The notes beneath the pieces are model-generated. The model was not told the DNA's origin and made no database searches. It was given only the letters and a program-made list of their open reading frames with translations. DNA of 63,016 nt, the filler included, from Asterionella formosa (taxonomy: Eukaryota), in the NCBI GenBank assembly GCA_002256025.1. It is 4 parts of 4 records of this genome, joined end to end, with 100 filler letters (N's around TTAATTAATTAA, not from the genome) between each part and the next. Parts side by side here need not be neighbours in the genome. Positions count along the whole stretch, not along the records: positions 1 to 20,493 come from NKIB01003333.1; positions 20,594 to 41,076 come from NKIB01003343.1; 2 more parts are not named here. One strand, written 5' to 3'. Shown here one piece after another: positions 12,288-23,641 of this stretch. The translations under genes and the position numbers were made by a program. Each line of letters starts with the position of its first letter. Position 1 is the stretch's first letter.

Positions 12288-13440
12288 TTATGCTACACTC
12301 TTCTTTTCAGACGCAACTTCAAGCTCCCATTCAGCCTCTCGTTCGGCAGCAGCAATAGCTTCTTCGGCCTTTCTTTCAAGTCGTTCTGCCATTCGTTTCT
12401 TCTCTCGAATTTCAATTTCCTTCATCATCGTCTCCATCATGTCAAGCTTATCCTTGATTTTGAAGAACAAATCGCTGTCTGCCTGTAAGTAGTTAAACGA
12501 AAAGTAAATGTGTGTGAGTGCGTGATTTGGGCAAATGCAATTACATGTAAGTGCCAACCTATGAAACAATGCAGTACTGTTCAACGTACACAGGCTGTCA
12601 GGGTCGACTTTCCCAACTTCTTTCCCATCCAATCTTCCACAATGGGGTACACTTCATCCTTGTCCATTTCAATTCCAGCTCCCTCCATCAACTTCACCAA
12701 ACCAATTGAAAAATAACGAGAGTACATCCAAAATTCATCATCCTTGATCGATTTGGCTACCGCAGCAAGGGGAGAATCACCTTGCCCCTCAAGGGCAGCT
12801 TCTAATTCAGCCTTGGTTTTTCCAGTTGCCCAATCGTCCAACGCCTTGGCCTCTGCACGTACATCAGCTTCGTCAATACCCACAGCCTTGAACAAGGCTG
12901 ACACAATTTTGCCTCCAACTTCTGGTTCTGGGTAGTTCTTCAGCAACAAATCCATAGATGTCAAAATTCCCAAACTCCAGACCGGATCCCTAGTAAATCT
13001 AGCGTTGACGGCGATCAAATGGGTTGTCCCGACCAAATCTGTGACCATGTTCTTGTAAAGCGCATTGACAGAATATCCAAGTTCGGCGGTAAAGTCCGCA
13101 AAGGCTTGGCCTACAGTCTTGACTTGCTTGCCTGCCAAGTGACCGTATCGTCTCGCGAATTCCGTATCAGCCTTTCCGGGAATATAGTTGAGCTGGCAGA
13201 GAAATGAGTGAGCTTCAAAAGTAAGAATCAATAAACCCTTGCGAAGAAGGGCCGTGTCCACTGTCGTTGTACTAAAACGGCACGCACCTCGGACAAAAGT
13301 TCGCCTTGCATGGATGGATCTTTCAGCACGGAAGAAGTCACATGACTTCTGGTGAATGCGTTAACGTTATTGGAAACCACAAAGGCACTAGTAGTAGAGG
13401 CAAGAGCAAAGGAAACGAGAGCGATCTGTCTGACTAGCAT
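12288..13440 (-). CDS. THF1: Thylakoid formation protein THF1/Psb29, plastid targeted; 3 exons, about 316 aa
   Basis: Exons 13440-13288, 13192-12590 and 12482-12288. Introns GTGCGT..CAG and GTACGT..CAG are both phase 0. Signal plus SAF motif ([10 protein letters not shown]). Family motifs [38 protein letters not shown] and a C-terminal EKKR coiled coil. Confidence 0.9.
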
Positions 13441-13579
13441 GGTAACAGAGTTCTTGAGAGAATAGTTGGTAAAGGATCGAAATGGAACTCAGCGGATTTT
13501 ATGAATAATACTCGTGTGTTAACCTGTTAGGTCCATGTGTTACGGCTTCGTTTTAGTTCTGCATCATCCCGTGTGCAGT

Positions 13580-14463
13580 CTACCAGTTCCATGGTACCAG
13601 GTACCTGGTACTCAATTAATCTTGGCTGATGTCGATGGTGCCAAGCAAGCATTGTTCTCATGGAGTTGGCAATGCGTACGTGTTCTATATATCATAAGCG
13701 AATCAATGACTGGATCCATACGTAGTTTTAAAATGTAGAGGAAGCAATACGCAGATAACCAAGCAAACGCACCCGGATTTTACCAACTGACCCGCTACTA
13801 CATACCGGTATACCTGGTACCTGGTACCAGGAATCAGGAAGGTCCGGTACAAAGCTAAATATCTCGATTACCGGACCTTCCAGGTACCATTATCCTGATG
13901 CACACTAAGATAGGTACCAGCTATCTAGTACCCTACCTAGTAACTGGTGTACCGTATACAAGCAAGTTGAGACGAATGAGAAACTTATGTACCGGTATGT
14001 AACTGTGCTTCTTGTTAGCGTCTATTGCTAAAACGTCGCTCCCGTCGAAGGTCGGGTAAAGCACGGGTTTTAGCTACTTAACAGGTATTAAATAATGCTC
14101 GGAGTAAGTACGTACGGGGGATTCCGAGTACCAGGTACCAGCTAAACCAGGTACAAATTCAACCACGTGGTCTCTTGTTGTAAAGGTAGTCATTACGTAC
14201 GCCCTCCCCACCCACACAGGTGACTTCTCACCGACCTTTGCAGCCACCAATAAATTCAAAAAACTCTCTGTACATGCTACATACTACCAGGGTACGAAAT
14301 ACTCCGTACCACTGTGAAATGCATTACCACAGCATGCATCATTCTTGCGCTGCGTCACCTCCCTCTCCTATATACACACACATCACACACACAAAAACAC
14401 ATTTTCACACATCTATCTATGCTTTATATGTAGACTACTGGTAGACTACTCGGAGTACCGGTA
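13580..14463. promoter_or_regulatory. Divergent promoter region (THF1/DNAJC2) rich in CCWGGTA/GGTACC repeats
   Basis: TGGTACCAGGTACCTGGTAC (13592-13611), TACCTGGTACCTGGTACCAGG (13811-13831) and many single units. The regulatory role is inferred from position only. Confidence 0.5.
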
Positions 14464-14596
14464 GTGTGCTTGCTGTGTAGGAATGATACAAAATACACAA
14501 CGTGAGATTTGTTCGCCATTGAATGCTCAGCGAGAACTTGAACCACGAGTGCAATACAGTCCACGTCCGACATCATCTTCCCTCACCAACCACAAC

Positions 14597-16507
14597 ATGA
14601 GCGGTTGCGTAATTAAAGTCGCTTCCCTTGACTGGCCGTCACATCAGCACCATGACAAACTGACCGTAGAATGCGCTGGCGAAGCCTTTGTGGATTTATG
14701 CTTGCGCCAGAAAGCCAGACGAGTCCTTCATCACGGGAGTTCATTCTTTGGCTGTGAAAGCGGTGAGCTCCTAGTAGAAGACGAAGAGTCAGCTGCCAAG
14801 CAAAAGAAGAGCATCAATCTACTCCTGTTGTCGCATCGGAAACTGGAGAAGCTCACGTACTACCAATGCCTGGGCGACCTGCCGCTACATTCCACGGCGG
14901 AGCAGATCAAACGAGCCTATCACAAGGCTTGTCTCAAGTACCACCCCGACAAGACAGGCCGTGGAGAAGACGATGAAGTATTTTTGAAGGTCAAGGCGGC
15001 CTTTGACACATTATCTGACCCTTACAAGAAGAAGGCCTACGATTCGACCATGGACTTTGATGATTCGATCCCCAAGGGAGGAGAATCTCCGCAAGACTTT
15101 TTCGCCATTTACGGGCCCGTCTTTGAACGTAACCTACGCTTTGATTCCAGATTAGACCCTACCAAACAGCAGCCGACACCGGCGGAAAACGCTACTGCCA
15201 ATGGCACTCCGAGCGGGAAGAAAAAGAAGAACAAAAAGGGGGGAGCCAAGAACAATGCTTCCGCGAACGCAAAACCCAAGGAGTTTCCAACCCTTGGCGA
15301 CGATGACACTCCCATCGCCACAGTGCACGCTTTTTATGAGTATTGGATTCACTTTGAATCATGGCGAGACTTCTCCTTAGAGGCCGCCAAACAAACTGGG
15401 GACCATTACGATCCGGACTCCGCCGACAGTCGGTATGAGAAGAGATTCATGCAGAAGGAAATTGAAAAGAAGTCCAAATCACTCAAAAAAGAGGAAATGA
15501 CAAGACTAAATCTGTTGGTCGAACGGGCCATGGCCAACGATCCAAGATTGAGACGGGAAAAACAAAAAGAAAGAGACGACAAAGAAAAACTGGCGCAACA
15601 AAAACGAGACGCGGAAGAACAAGCTGCCAAGGCTGCATCGGAAGCGGCACTCCGATCGGCAGAGGAAGCAGCACGACAAGAACAAGAAGAGAAAGTACAA
15701 AAGGCCAATGCCAAGCAACAGAAAGAGACGGAAAAAAAGATTTTGCGCAAGGCGAAACAAACATTTCGGAAACTTGCCATGGCAGCATGGCAAATGGCAT
15801 CTGCGACTGGTTCTACATCAACAACAACCACCATGGATATGATGAACGATCAAGTGGAATTCCTGTGTGACAATTTGATTGCCGCAGAATTGGATGACTT
15901 GTCTGATACTTTTGGTGGAATTGACTCTGTTGATGCTCCCAATGTAGCAGCATTGAAACGGCTCAATGAGCGTGTCGCAGATGTTAAAGAGGGGCGTTTG
16001 GAAGAGCAACGCAAGGAAGCAGCAAAACGTAAGGAAGAGCTCGCCAAGAAATCTGTGGCCAAACCCATTAGCACAATGGTACCATGGTCCAAGGAAGAAT
16101 TGACGGCTTTGACCAAGGCTGTCAAAAAGTTTCCGCCAGGAGGTGCCAGTCGATGGGACGCTATTGCCTCAATGATCAATACCTTGTGTAAGCCTGATAA
16201 TCCTCGCACCAAAGAAGATTGCATTCATACGTATAATAAGATTGTTTCCTTGTCTGGAGCACCTGTATTGACAAGTTCGAATGGTAATGGGGCGCCGGCA
16301 TTGGTAGATGAGGTTGTGTGGACAGAAGGGCAAGACAAGGCTCTACAAGATGCCCTGAAGAAGTATCCTGCGACTATGGAAAAGAATGACCGATGGGCGG
16401 CTATTGCCAAGGATGTCGAGGGAAAGACCAAGAAGGATTGTGTAAATCGCTTTAAGGCGATTCGCGATGCCCTTCAATCGAAGAAGCCCAATGAAGTGCA
16501 GCAGTAG
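14597..16507 (+). CDS. DNAJC2: DnaJ subfamily C member 2 (zuotin/MPP11/ZRF1), ribosome-associated J-protein
   Basis: J domain with YHPDK, zuotin motifs GPVFERN and FYEYWIHFESWRDFS, DPR plus a charged region, and two C-terminal SANT repeats (WSKEELTAL..RWDAIA; WTEGQDKAL..RWAAIA). An upstream in-frame ATG at 14483 is possible. Confidence 0.95.
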   Translation: MSGCVIKVASLDWPSHQHHDKLTVECAGEAFVDLCLRQKARRVLHHGSSFFGCESGELLVEDEESAAKQKKSINLLLLSHRKLEKLTYYQCLGDLPLHSTAEQIKRAYHKACLKYHPDKTGRGEDDEVFLKVKAAFDTLSDPYKKKAYDSTMDFDDSIPKGGESPQDFFAIYGPVFERNLRFDSRLDPTKQQPTPAENATANGTPSGKKKKNKKGGAKNNASANAKPKEFPTLGDDDTPIATVHAFYEYWIHFESWRDFSLEAAKQTGDHYDPDSADSRYEKRFMQKEIEKKSKSLKKEEMTRLNLLVERAMANDPRLRREKQKERDDKEKLAQQKRDAEEQAAKAASEAALRSAEEAARQEQEEKVQKANAKQQKETEKKILRKAKQTFRKLAMAAWQMASATGSTSTTTTMDMMNDQVEFLCDNLIAAELDDLSDTFGGIDSVDAPNVAALKRLNERVADVKEGRLEEQRKEAAKRKEELAKKSVAKPISTMVPWSKEELTALTKAVKKFPPGGASRWDAIASMINTLCKPDNPRTKEDCIHTYNKIVSLSGAPVLTSSNGNGAPALVDEVVWTEGQDKALQDALKKYPATMEKNDRWAAIAKDVEGKTKKDCVNRFKAIRDALQSKKPNEVQQ

Positions 16508-17173
16508 GTTACCAGCAGGGAGCAATGTCTGAATGATTTGATAGTAGAAGTAGTTGTTTTTCAAAGATTTTTTAAAGGACATAAATTATTTCTCTGTTTG
16601 CACATAGGCAACACCTTGTTTGTAGACACAACGCATACTCCTCTCCTTCTGTTGCAGAAACAAAATGAGAATGCCCATGGTTATTGCCTAATTGTCGGAG
16701 AACCAAACGAATGAAAATAAGACCATAAAGGGAGTTAACTTTCTAATAGGATACCAAGCTATGAAAGAATTGATAGAGAACATCATCAGAATAGTCCGAG
16801 AATCTATTATACCATTTTGCTACCACTATTGAGAGCGCATTGGGAACAGTACCTTCTCTTGCTTTAAAATGGCAACCATGACTTTAGATTGCCTACTCCT
16901 ATCATCATTCAAATTGCTCCGGAACGCCTTTCAATGTCAATCCGACCATATTTCATCGACTCGACCTCCTAATTCCCAGTATGCACATTATTGTTATCTA
17001 AGGTCAAACTACTATCAGGTTTATTCTTAAACTAATATGAATGATTGTATCTCCAGACGTTCGGCAAAATCAAATGTTGTCTGTCCCTCCATATCTATAC
17101 ATGCCCATACAAAGGTAAAGATACGACGACCGCAACTCAGCTACTTCACCAAAAGCATATACATTCAGTATCC

Positions 17174-17899
17174 TCAAAGCAGCAGCGCCAAGTCGGCACG
17201 ACTTTGATTGGCCACTTTGGCCAATTTCAAAATATTCGATCGCAAGGTCCGAATGATTTTTTGATCCAACATGGATTGAGCGGGACGGTCCAGCAAGGTG
17301 CGCAATTGCTCTTCTTGGTATGGAGACACGTTCAAAGTGACGAACGCTTCCTTCAATTCCACATCGTCGTGCTGTTTGTCGTTTTTGTTCTTGTTGTTTT
17401 TGTTGCTGGTATTGCGAACAAAAGACTGTGCCTTAAAAACCTGCGACTGCATCATCATCCAAAAGGAAGTCGTGGGTGGCTCTTGTCCCGTTTCAGGAAT
17501 CAAATCAATGAAGTGCAGCCGCTTCGCAATGGCGATTACAGGAGGGGGTGGCATGGCAATGATACCGACGAGCATGGTGGCTACCGTGGAAGCCATTACG
17601 TTGGGATGAAGGGCCACCAACGCGGATTGGGACATGGCTAAAGGATCCCGCTGCGCCAACCAGCGCTTGGTTATCTGTAGCACGATTCCCTGTTCGTGTG
17701 GAGCCACATCAGCTGTAGCAACGCCCAGAGGAGACGACATGAAGCAGGGATGCTGCTTGTCTCTCAGTGCAATCTTCGCAGTCGTCAATGTCATTTGGGC
17801 CTTTGTGTTCGTTGAGGAGGGAGAAACAAGAAACGAGGCCGCATTGGATGAGTAGATGCCCAAGAGACAGAGGAACGCTGCCACTCTCGAGATCGTCAT
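17174..17899 (-). CDS. Hypothetical protein with a signal or plastid-targeting peptide
   Basis: ATG 17899 gives MTISRVAAFLCLLGIYSSNAASFLVSPSS, a signal peptide followed by Phe and a Ser/Thr-rich stretch. Intact ORF. Confidence 0.65.
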   Translation of the reverse strand: MTISRVAAFLCLLGIYSSNAASFLVSPSSTNTKAQMTLTTAKIALRDKQHPCFMSSPLGVATADVAPHEQGIVLQITKRWLAQRDPLAMSQSALVALHPNVMASTVATMLVGIIAMPPPPVIAIAKRLHFIDLIPETGQEPPTTSFWMMMQSQVFKAQSFVRNTSNKNNKNKNDKQHDDVELKEAFVTLNVSPYQEEQLRTLLDRPAQSMLDQKIIRTLRSNILKLAKVANQSRADLALLL

Positions 17900-19028
17900 G
17901 ATGTTTGATCTGCTGATATCCTGTATCGCACTGCAACAATTGCTGTGGTGTGATTTCATTGAAGAGCAGTGAAGCGAGGAGATATTTTTGAAAACAACGA
18001 CCACCCGTATGATTTTACATTCATTTCCTGTAGCTATTAGTCTAGCAGTGTTTGTAAATCATGACACCACAGCATAGTACATGTAAGATACTCCCTACTA
18101 CTACTTGTTTGTTCCCTGAGGGAGGACGTGCCTGAATCCTATAATCTACTGGCACGTACCAGGTACCTGGCTGGCTGCCCAAATTTGTTCCTTGTTCCGA
18201 GTTCCGACTCTGTGGCAGATGGTACAAGGTACCTGGTAACAGGTGCCAGGTATTGACTGTACAGAGTATGTCAGTCCACGTCAACAGGACGTCATTGGGT
18301 ACGTCAGCAATCAATCTGCATTGTTTATACTTACGTGTTGTTTATATCAACGGGATGCAAGCAGTCCCTCATTCTTCAATTTAAAAAAATTTACGAACGT
18401 ATTTTCTACGTACTACATGCAGTTTGCCAAGTACCTGGTATGATTGGTACCTGGTACCTGGTACCAGCATGTAACTTGCCATAATTGTGCTGAAACTAAA
18501 ACTTTAGCTTCTTTTATCCAATATTAAATTGTTTATTAAAGCGAAATGTACTCCGTACCTGGCACCTTAAATAGCAAAGCGTCTTTCTCAATTTTCGTTG
18601 AGATACCGCTAATTCGTATTTTCGTGCGTGATGATGGTCAATGCAGAGACGACACGATGCAGGATTCTCCAGCTGCTCACAACCACTATACCTGCACACT
18701 CTACTTAGTCTTGTTTTATAAGAACAAGGTAATCGCAATTAAATAACAGTTCCCATGGCAGTATGACAAACTGAATTATATCATGTGGTTACTTTGTCTA
18801 TGTCTAGAAGAATATGGGTGTTTGGTGCCACCTCGAGAAAAATGTAAAGGGGGATCCATCAACCTCAGGGGGTCCAGGATACTGAATTATTCACAAAGTA
18901 ACTTTGACACAATTACTGTCTCGTCCATTTCCTAATTCTACATAGTATAGATTTCCCAACCCCCGTGTTTCGAGGAGTTTTTCGACGTTTTCCGTGACTA
19001 AGAAAGTCAACACAGAAAATTACTCCTT

Positions 19029-19500
19029 CATCTAAGCCGCGAAATACGTCACTTTTCGAAATTTGTTCTACGTAGGAGTGTTAATTATGTGGTACTTCAC
19101 ATGAATTAATGCTACTCTTCCCATAGAAAAGGTTACTTTTAACGGTTTCATGTGAAGATTTCACAAAAAACTTTGAACTCGAGACTAAATTAGTTGATGT
19201 TTCAAATAATTCATTTCAAAGTTCAACTAAGCCCTGCTCTCGAGGCTAATTCATTTACGACATGCATCTTCCTTTGTGAAATAATAAGGATGTTTGTGGT
19301 GTCTTAATTCAGCTACAGTTTATCATGGTGCACTTCACGTAAATAATATTTACTATTATACTGAACAAGATTACTTGTCGTGGTTTCATGTGATGGTTCA
19401 CAATCATATGGTTACTTCAAAGGCAGGACTAGTTGATGTTACAACTAAATATTTTAAAAGTTCAAGATAAATTCTTTAGAGAATAAATCATTGCGAAAGA
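19029..19500. repeat. AT-rich repeat element starting with a conserved terminus, with an internal duplication of about 240 bp
   Basis: CATCTAAGCCGCGAAATACGTCACTTTT at 19029 recurs at 41049 and in part at 20213. GGTTTCATGTGA..TTCACAA and TAGTTGATGTT..AAAGTTCAA each occur twice about 240 bp apart. Confidence 0.6.
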
Positions 19501-20410
19501 TAACTTCACTACTAGTTGTTTGATTTCAATCTGCCCTTATTTGATTGAGAAAAACGGAGCGAAATGGATCTCGAGAAATACTGCGACATGATTCGTGATG
19601 TAAGCAACAACCAACACTAATGAGCACAAAACAGGTATGGAACGAATCATTTATTATTGAATTTGAAATGCTAAACAAAATATCTATTCGAATTAGTGTG
19701 TGTTATTGACTGCAAATCTTTGGAGTGCTATCGGGCATGAATTGATGGAGAAAATCGAAGCGATGTGGTTGTCGGCAACTGGGTGCATGAAGCATATCAA
19801 CAATCATCCTTACCGTCGAAATTGTCAGCATCCAATATGAATTCTCTTATTCTTTTACATAAACTATATTTCGTATGAATTTTAAAGATACAAAATATAT
19901 GAATAACATACCTGTATTGTGAATATGTCTGGAATGGCATCGTGATGCTGAGTGTGTTGACCCCAGCTAATGAATAGGTATGGTACCAGGTACCGGTATA
20001 GAAGGCCTACACAGGGCTACGATACATACTACCAGTACCAGGTACCAGGTACCAGGTAGAGACTGCGCCAGGTTTTTTCGTGTAGATTGTAGGTTCTGTT
20101 GGTACAAAGATGAAGTCATGGCTACGCCAGGATTTTTGACCCCCTCTGAATTCATAAAGACAACATTTAACCACCACTGTGCACAATATGTTTTCAACAT
20201 GGGGATGACCCTCATCTAAGCCGCGTATTACGTGAAGTGACCATCACATAAATAAGCCTAGTTGATTTTGAACGCATCACATGAATTAGTTGAATACATC
20301 AAAATACGTAGTTGAATATATCTATATATTATCTGAATACATCACGTTAAATATTTGATCAAAGTATCATGCATGCATTCCTGATCATCACTATATTATG
20401 TGATCACGTT

Positions 20411-20493
20411 CACATAATTATTTGAAATACTTCACATAATTATTTGAAATACTTCACATAATTATTTGAAATACTTCACATAATTATTTGAAA
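20411..20493. repeat. Perfect 22-bp tandem repeat (CACATAATTATTTGAAATACTT), about 3.8 copies, running into a gap
   Basis: Units start at 20411, 20433, 20455 and 20477. Confidence 0.95.
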
Positions 20494-20593
20494 NNNNNNN
20501 NNNNNNNNNNNNNNNNNNNNNNNNNNNNNNNNNNNNNTTAATTAATTAANNNNNNNNNNNNNNNNNNNNNNNNNNNNNNNNNNNNNNNNNNNN
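20494..20593. other. Scaffold gap with an artificial TTAATTAATTAA linker
   Basis: N44-TTAATTAATTAA-N44. The same construct occurs at 41077-41176 and 42437-42536. Confidence 0.97.
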
Positions 20594-20904
20594 AGTACAT
20601 CGACAAATGCGCTCTTCAATTGAATGATGCATATTGTTGCATTCCATTCATTTTCGTCAAGCTCCTTGAGTTTCTTGTTGTTTCTGTTGATTCTTTCATA
20701 TGTTTGTATCTCATTGCATAAATTGTGGAGGTTTGGTAGCAAGAGAGGTCTGATTTGATTGCGTGGCTGTATATATACATCGCCCTCCATGGTGAGAGGG
20801 GGCGGAGCTTACCAGTGCTAGTAGGATCGCTGTGACAGTACTAGCTTAGTTTCTTTTATTTACATTTGGATGCTTTGACAAAATTTTGAGGAAACAATTA
20901 AAAA

Positions 20905-21050
20905 ATTTTACGTTTGTTCATACAGACGGTACAATGGGACCTGTCTTTTTGTCAGCTGCACCTCATCTGGAACCCTAGGGACTAGGTGAGGAATGCAGGA
21001 ATCGAAGCTTCCACTGCAAAAGAAGGTGTACGAACCACTAAACCATTCCC
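20905..21050 (-). mobile_element. tRNA-derived SINE, family A, copy 2
   Basis: Minus-strand head GGGAATGGTTTAGTGGTT...TTTTGCAG...TTCGATTCCTGCATTCCTCA. The body shares GGTACAAYGGGACCTGTCT and GGAACCCTAGGGACTA with the 34-kb copy. The 3' boundary is uncertain. Confidence 0.7.
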
Positions 21051-21391
21051 TTATTCATAGAGGTAAATAATGTCAAATATGTTAGTTATTATCCCTGTTG
21101 TTTATTTGTTGGCAAGACAAAAGGCTAAAAAGCAACCTAGGACATAAGTGCAGACAAGCACACTCCTAAGTAAAAGCTGACAATTAGCCCTATGTCACGG
21201 ACATCAAAGTCCTGCAAGGAAGTGGTTGTGACAGTTGAAGGATTATCCAAATTTAGTTATCTCATTGTTTTGCAGATTCAATTCGAATTGTGTTCAAGCC
21301 AATTCTTTACAATCCCCCACCCACCCAGGCAGATTTGAGTCCTCAGAGTAAATTTTGATCCGGGTTTCTTGGAACACAAATACAGACACCG

Positions 21392-21743
21392 CTACCGTAC
21401 CAGTGGTGAGTCACAATTCGTAACATTCCTTCCGGTACACTTATTACCAAATTCTACGAGTATATTTTATTATCATTCGACGTATGTAGTGAGAGTACTA
21501 AAAGTTCCGTTCTATGCATGTCTGACCACATTGACGCAGTTCATGATGACTGAGGCGGGACTGGGGAATCTTGATTCTAGGTATGATGAGGGTGTCGTAG
21601 GGTTACTTTACTTTCCGGCGGCTTTTTCTTTTACAGGACAAGAGCGTTACTCCCCCAGGTACCTGGTACCTGGTACCAGGTACCATAGAGACCATAGTAC
21701 CTGGTACTGATGAGTTTCTTTCACCGTTCCCCAAATACCGGTA
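21392..21743. promoter_or_regulatory. CCWGGTA repeat cluster upstream of the 21855 gene
   Basis: CCAGGTACCTGGTACCTGGTACCAGGTACCA at 21655-21685. The role is inferred. Confidence 0.45.
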
Positions 21744-21854
21744 GCTTCAGGAAATATCATACCTCCACCAACACCACATCCACTGACCAGTGCTGCTCTC
21801 GATCTCCCCTTCACCATTCATTGACAGGCTGACATCTCTCAGTAGCTTCAAAGG

Positions 21855-23507
21855 ATGGCGATACCGCAATCCAGAGTCGCATCAAAGATACCTGAGCAAT
21901 TTTCGGGTTGCTCCTTTGTTCCGATCACCCAGACTGATTTGCCCACATCTCTCATTCTCAGCTCCGACAATGACAATAGCTTTTCAACGACGTCCTATTT
22001 CTTGGATTCCTCAGGTCGCACTCGATTTCGCATTCTTTTGGAACTGGACTGCCGCTGCAAGGAACGTCTTGAGAGTTTGTTGGCAGCCCATGTGATCAGC
22101 CCAGCCCCGACCAACTACACATTTCCCGAACACGACGTCGGAGATGTTCTAGAACCACCAACATGCGCACTTCGAATAGAAGTCAAATCACTCACTACAG
22201 ATGGAACCAAAATTGTCACTGTTGAACAGATTTCCATTTTATCCACCACCATCCATGGCGAAGCGTCGCTGCTCATGGACACTGAAATTGTCGTTCGGGC
22301 TGCCACTCCTGTTCCCATGGATGGACCACTACCCAAAAATTGGTCGACACGCGACCTTTATATTAAGACGAATGATAACTCAATGTCACAAGAAAAGGAG
22401 AATGATACGTTGTCCACTCGGCTGGAAATTTGCGCCACTTTGGTGACCAAGGTGGCACCCTCTGCGACTATATCATCCACCAATCCCCCTCTTGGGCTGT
22501 TAGCCTTGGAATTAGGATCCCTCTCCTTTCCAACCTCACATCATGTAAGATTGACTCCAATTCAGTTGAACTTAAACATGACGAGCGCGTTGTGTGTTTC
22601 TGTGCGAAATGTCAGCGGGTCCTCGGGTGGATCGACCTTGGTGTCACTGACTATTCGACATTCCAACACTCACTCGGAGCCTGTCACTATCACCAATATT
22701 GCACTCCATCCAGGTCACTCTAGAGCTGATCTTCCTTACAGTAAGACTGATCATTCCATGCCAGGAGGAGAAACCAGTGTCACGGACATGTCACGATTTG
22801 TCAAGTGGGGATACGCACCACGCACTGAACCACAATTGCCATTGGTGCTTCATCCAAATGATGCGTATTCGACGGTCTTGACCATTGACGCAGGACAAGA
22901 TTTACGCAGTCGATCCTTTGTTAGTCCCATTTCTGTCACGGCTGCTGTTGGCTCGTCGTCCAACACTGTTGTTGTGGTGGTCGCAACCGAAGCACAGTGG
23001 ACGACAGGACGCGTTGCCGTGGAGCCTGCAGATGCCTTTCGAGTGGATATGAATGTGGCTCAGCAATTTAATTATGTTGGTGCACCCTTGGTAGTTTCCT
23101 TGAGAGTTATGAATTTAAGTACCAAAACACGAGATCTGATGTTACTCATGGCCAAAGACGACGATAAGAATACGATGACGTCTCCACAGCGACAGAGTGG
23201 AGCTGTCACTGCAGCTGTTGTCTCGCAAGTAAATGGATATACGTTCGGTGTATGGGGTCTATCAGAAGATGACGATGGAACCAAACGACAAAATCGAGAT
23301 CATGATCTGTTGGCTGTTGATGCCGCTCTGTTGTTGGGGGAAGTTAAGGGGCAGCATTCAGTCGATGCGGAGTTAAGATTTGTACCCTTACGAGAAGGGA
23401 CATTAGATGTACCAAACTTGAAATTATATGATAAGACGGAGAGCAAGTGGTACAATTGTGTCCATAAGCTTCAGATCGTGGCGACAGCACAAAAGTCAAT
23501 GGCGTAA
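21855..23507 (+). CDS. Conserved beta-rich protein, possibly a TRAPP-complex subunit (Trs65/TRAPPC13/14-like C-terminus)
   Basis: Intact 550-aa ORF. The Ig-like segments [11 protein letters not shown] and [21 protein letters not shown] resemble TRAPP subunit C-termini. The CDS is solid but the family call is tentative. Confidence 0.7.
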   Translation: MAIPQSRVASKIPEQFSGCSFVPITQTDLPTSLILSSDNDNSFSTTSYFLDSSGRTRFRILLELDCRCKERLESLLAAHVISPAPTNYTFPEHDVGDVLEPPTCALRIEVKSLTTDGTKIVTVEQISILSTTIHGEASLLMDTEIVVRAATPVPMDGPLPKNWSTRDLYIKTNDNSMSQEKENDTLSTRLEICATLVTKVAPSATISSTNPPLGLLALELGSLSFPTSHHVRLTPIQLNLNMTSALCVSVRNVSGSSGGSTLVSLTIRHSNTHSEPVTITNIALHPGHSRADLPYSKTDHSMPGGETSVTDMSRFVKWGYAPRTEPQLPLVLHPNDAYSTVLTIDAGQDLRSRSFVSPISVTAAVGSSSNTVVVVVATEAQWTTGRVAVEPADAFRVDMNVAQQFNYVGAPLVVSLRVMNLSTKTRDLMLLMAKDDDKNTMTSPQRQSGAVTAAVVSQVNGYTFGVWGLSEDDDGTKRQNRDHDLLAVDAALLLGEVKGQHSVDAELRFVPLREGTLDVPNLKLYDKTESKWYNCVHKLQIVATAQKSMA

Positions 23508-23641
23508 TTCGACCCTGGTCGAGTAGATGCAAGAAGGAAAGCTGAAACGAATGAAAATCTTCAGGTCATAACGTACGTGTCGCATTCATTTCTAGAAAAA
23601 TAATGTCATTATTAGCTAGCTATGTAAGTCCACATGGCTAA

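Noticed and set aside
15109..16582. Antisense ORFs within DNAJC2 and similar shadow ORFs in other genes
   Set aside because: They are shadows of codon bias and low-complexity sequence on the coding strand.
20036..20058. CCAGGTA runs as interstitial telomere repeats
   Set aside because: They do not match TTAGGG-type repeats, switch orientation within runs, and are dispersed at gene 5' ends.
19967..20219. Short ORFs with VPGT/YQVP/TWY peptides (also at 406, 13535, 18042, 21369, 25154, 37960, 41522, 47016 and 47324)
   Set aside because: These peptides are translations of the CCWGGTA repeat, not a protein family.
20538..20549. TTAATTAATTAA palindrome, three copies
   Set aside because: It is always centred in N runs of identical length, so it is an artificial all-frame-stop scaffold linker.
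20594..20790. Minus-strand ORF from ATG 20790 running into the gap
   Set aside because: Only about 65 codons are visible with no recognisable motif, so it cannot be supported as a gene.
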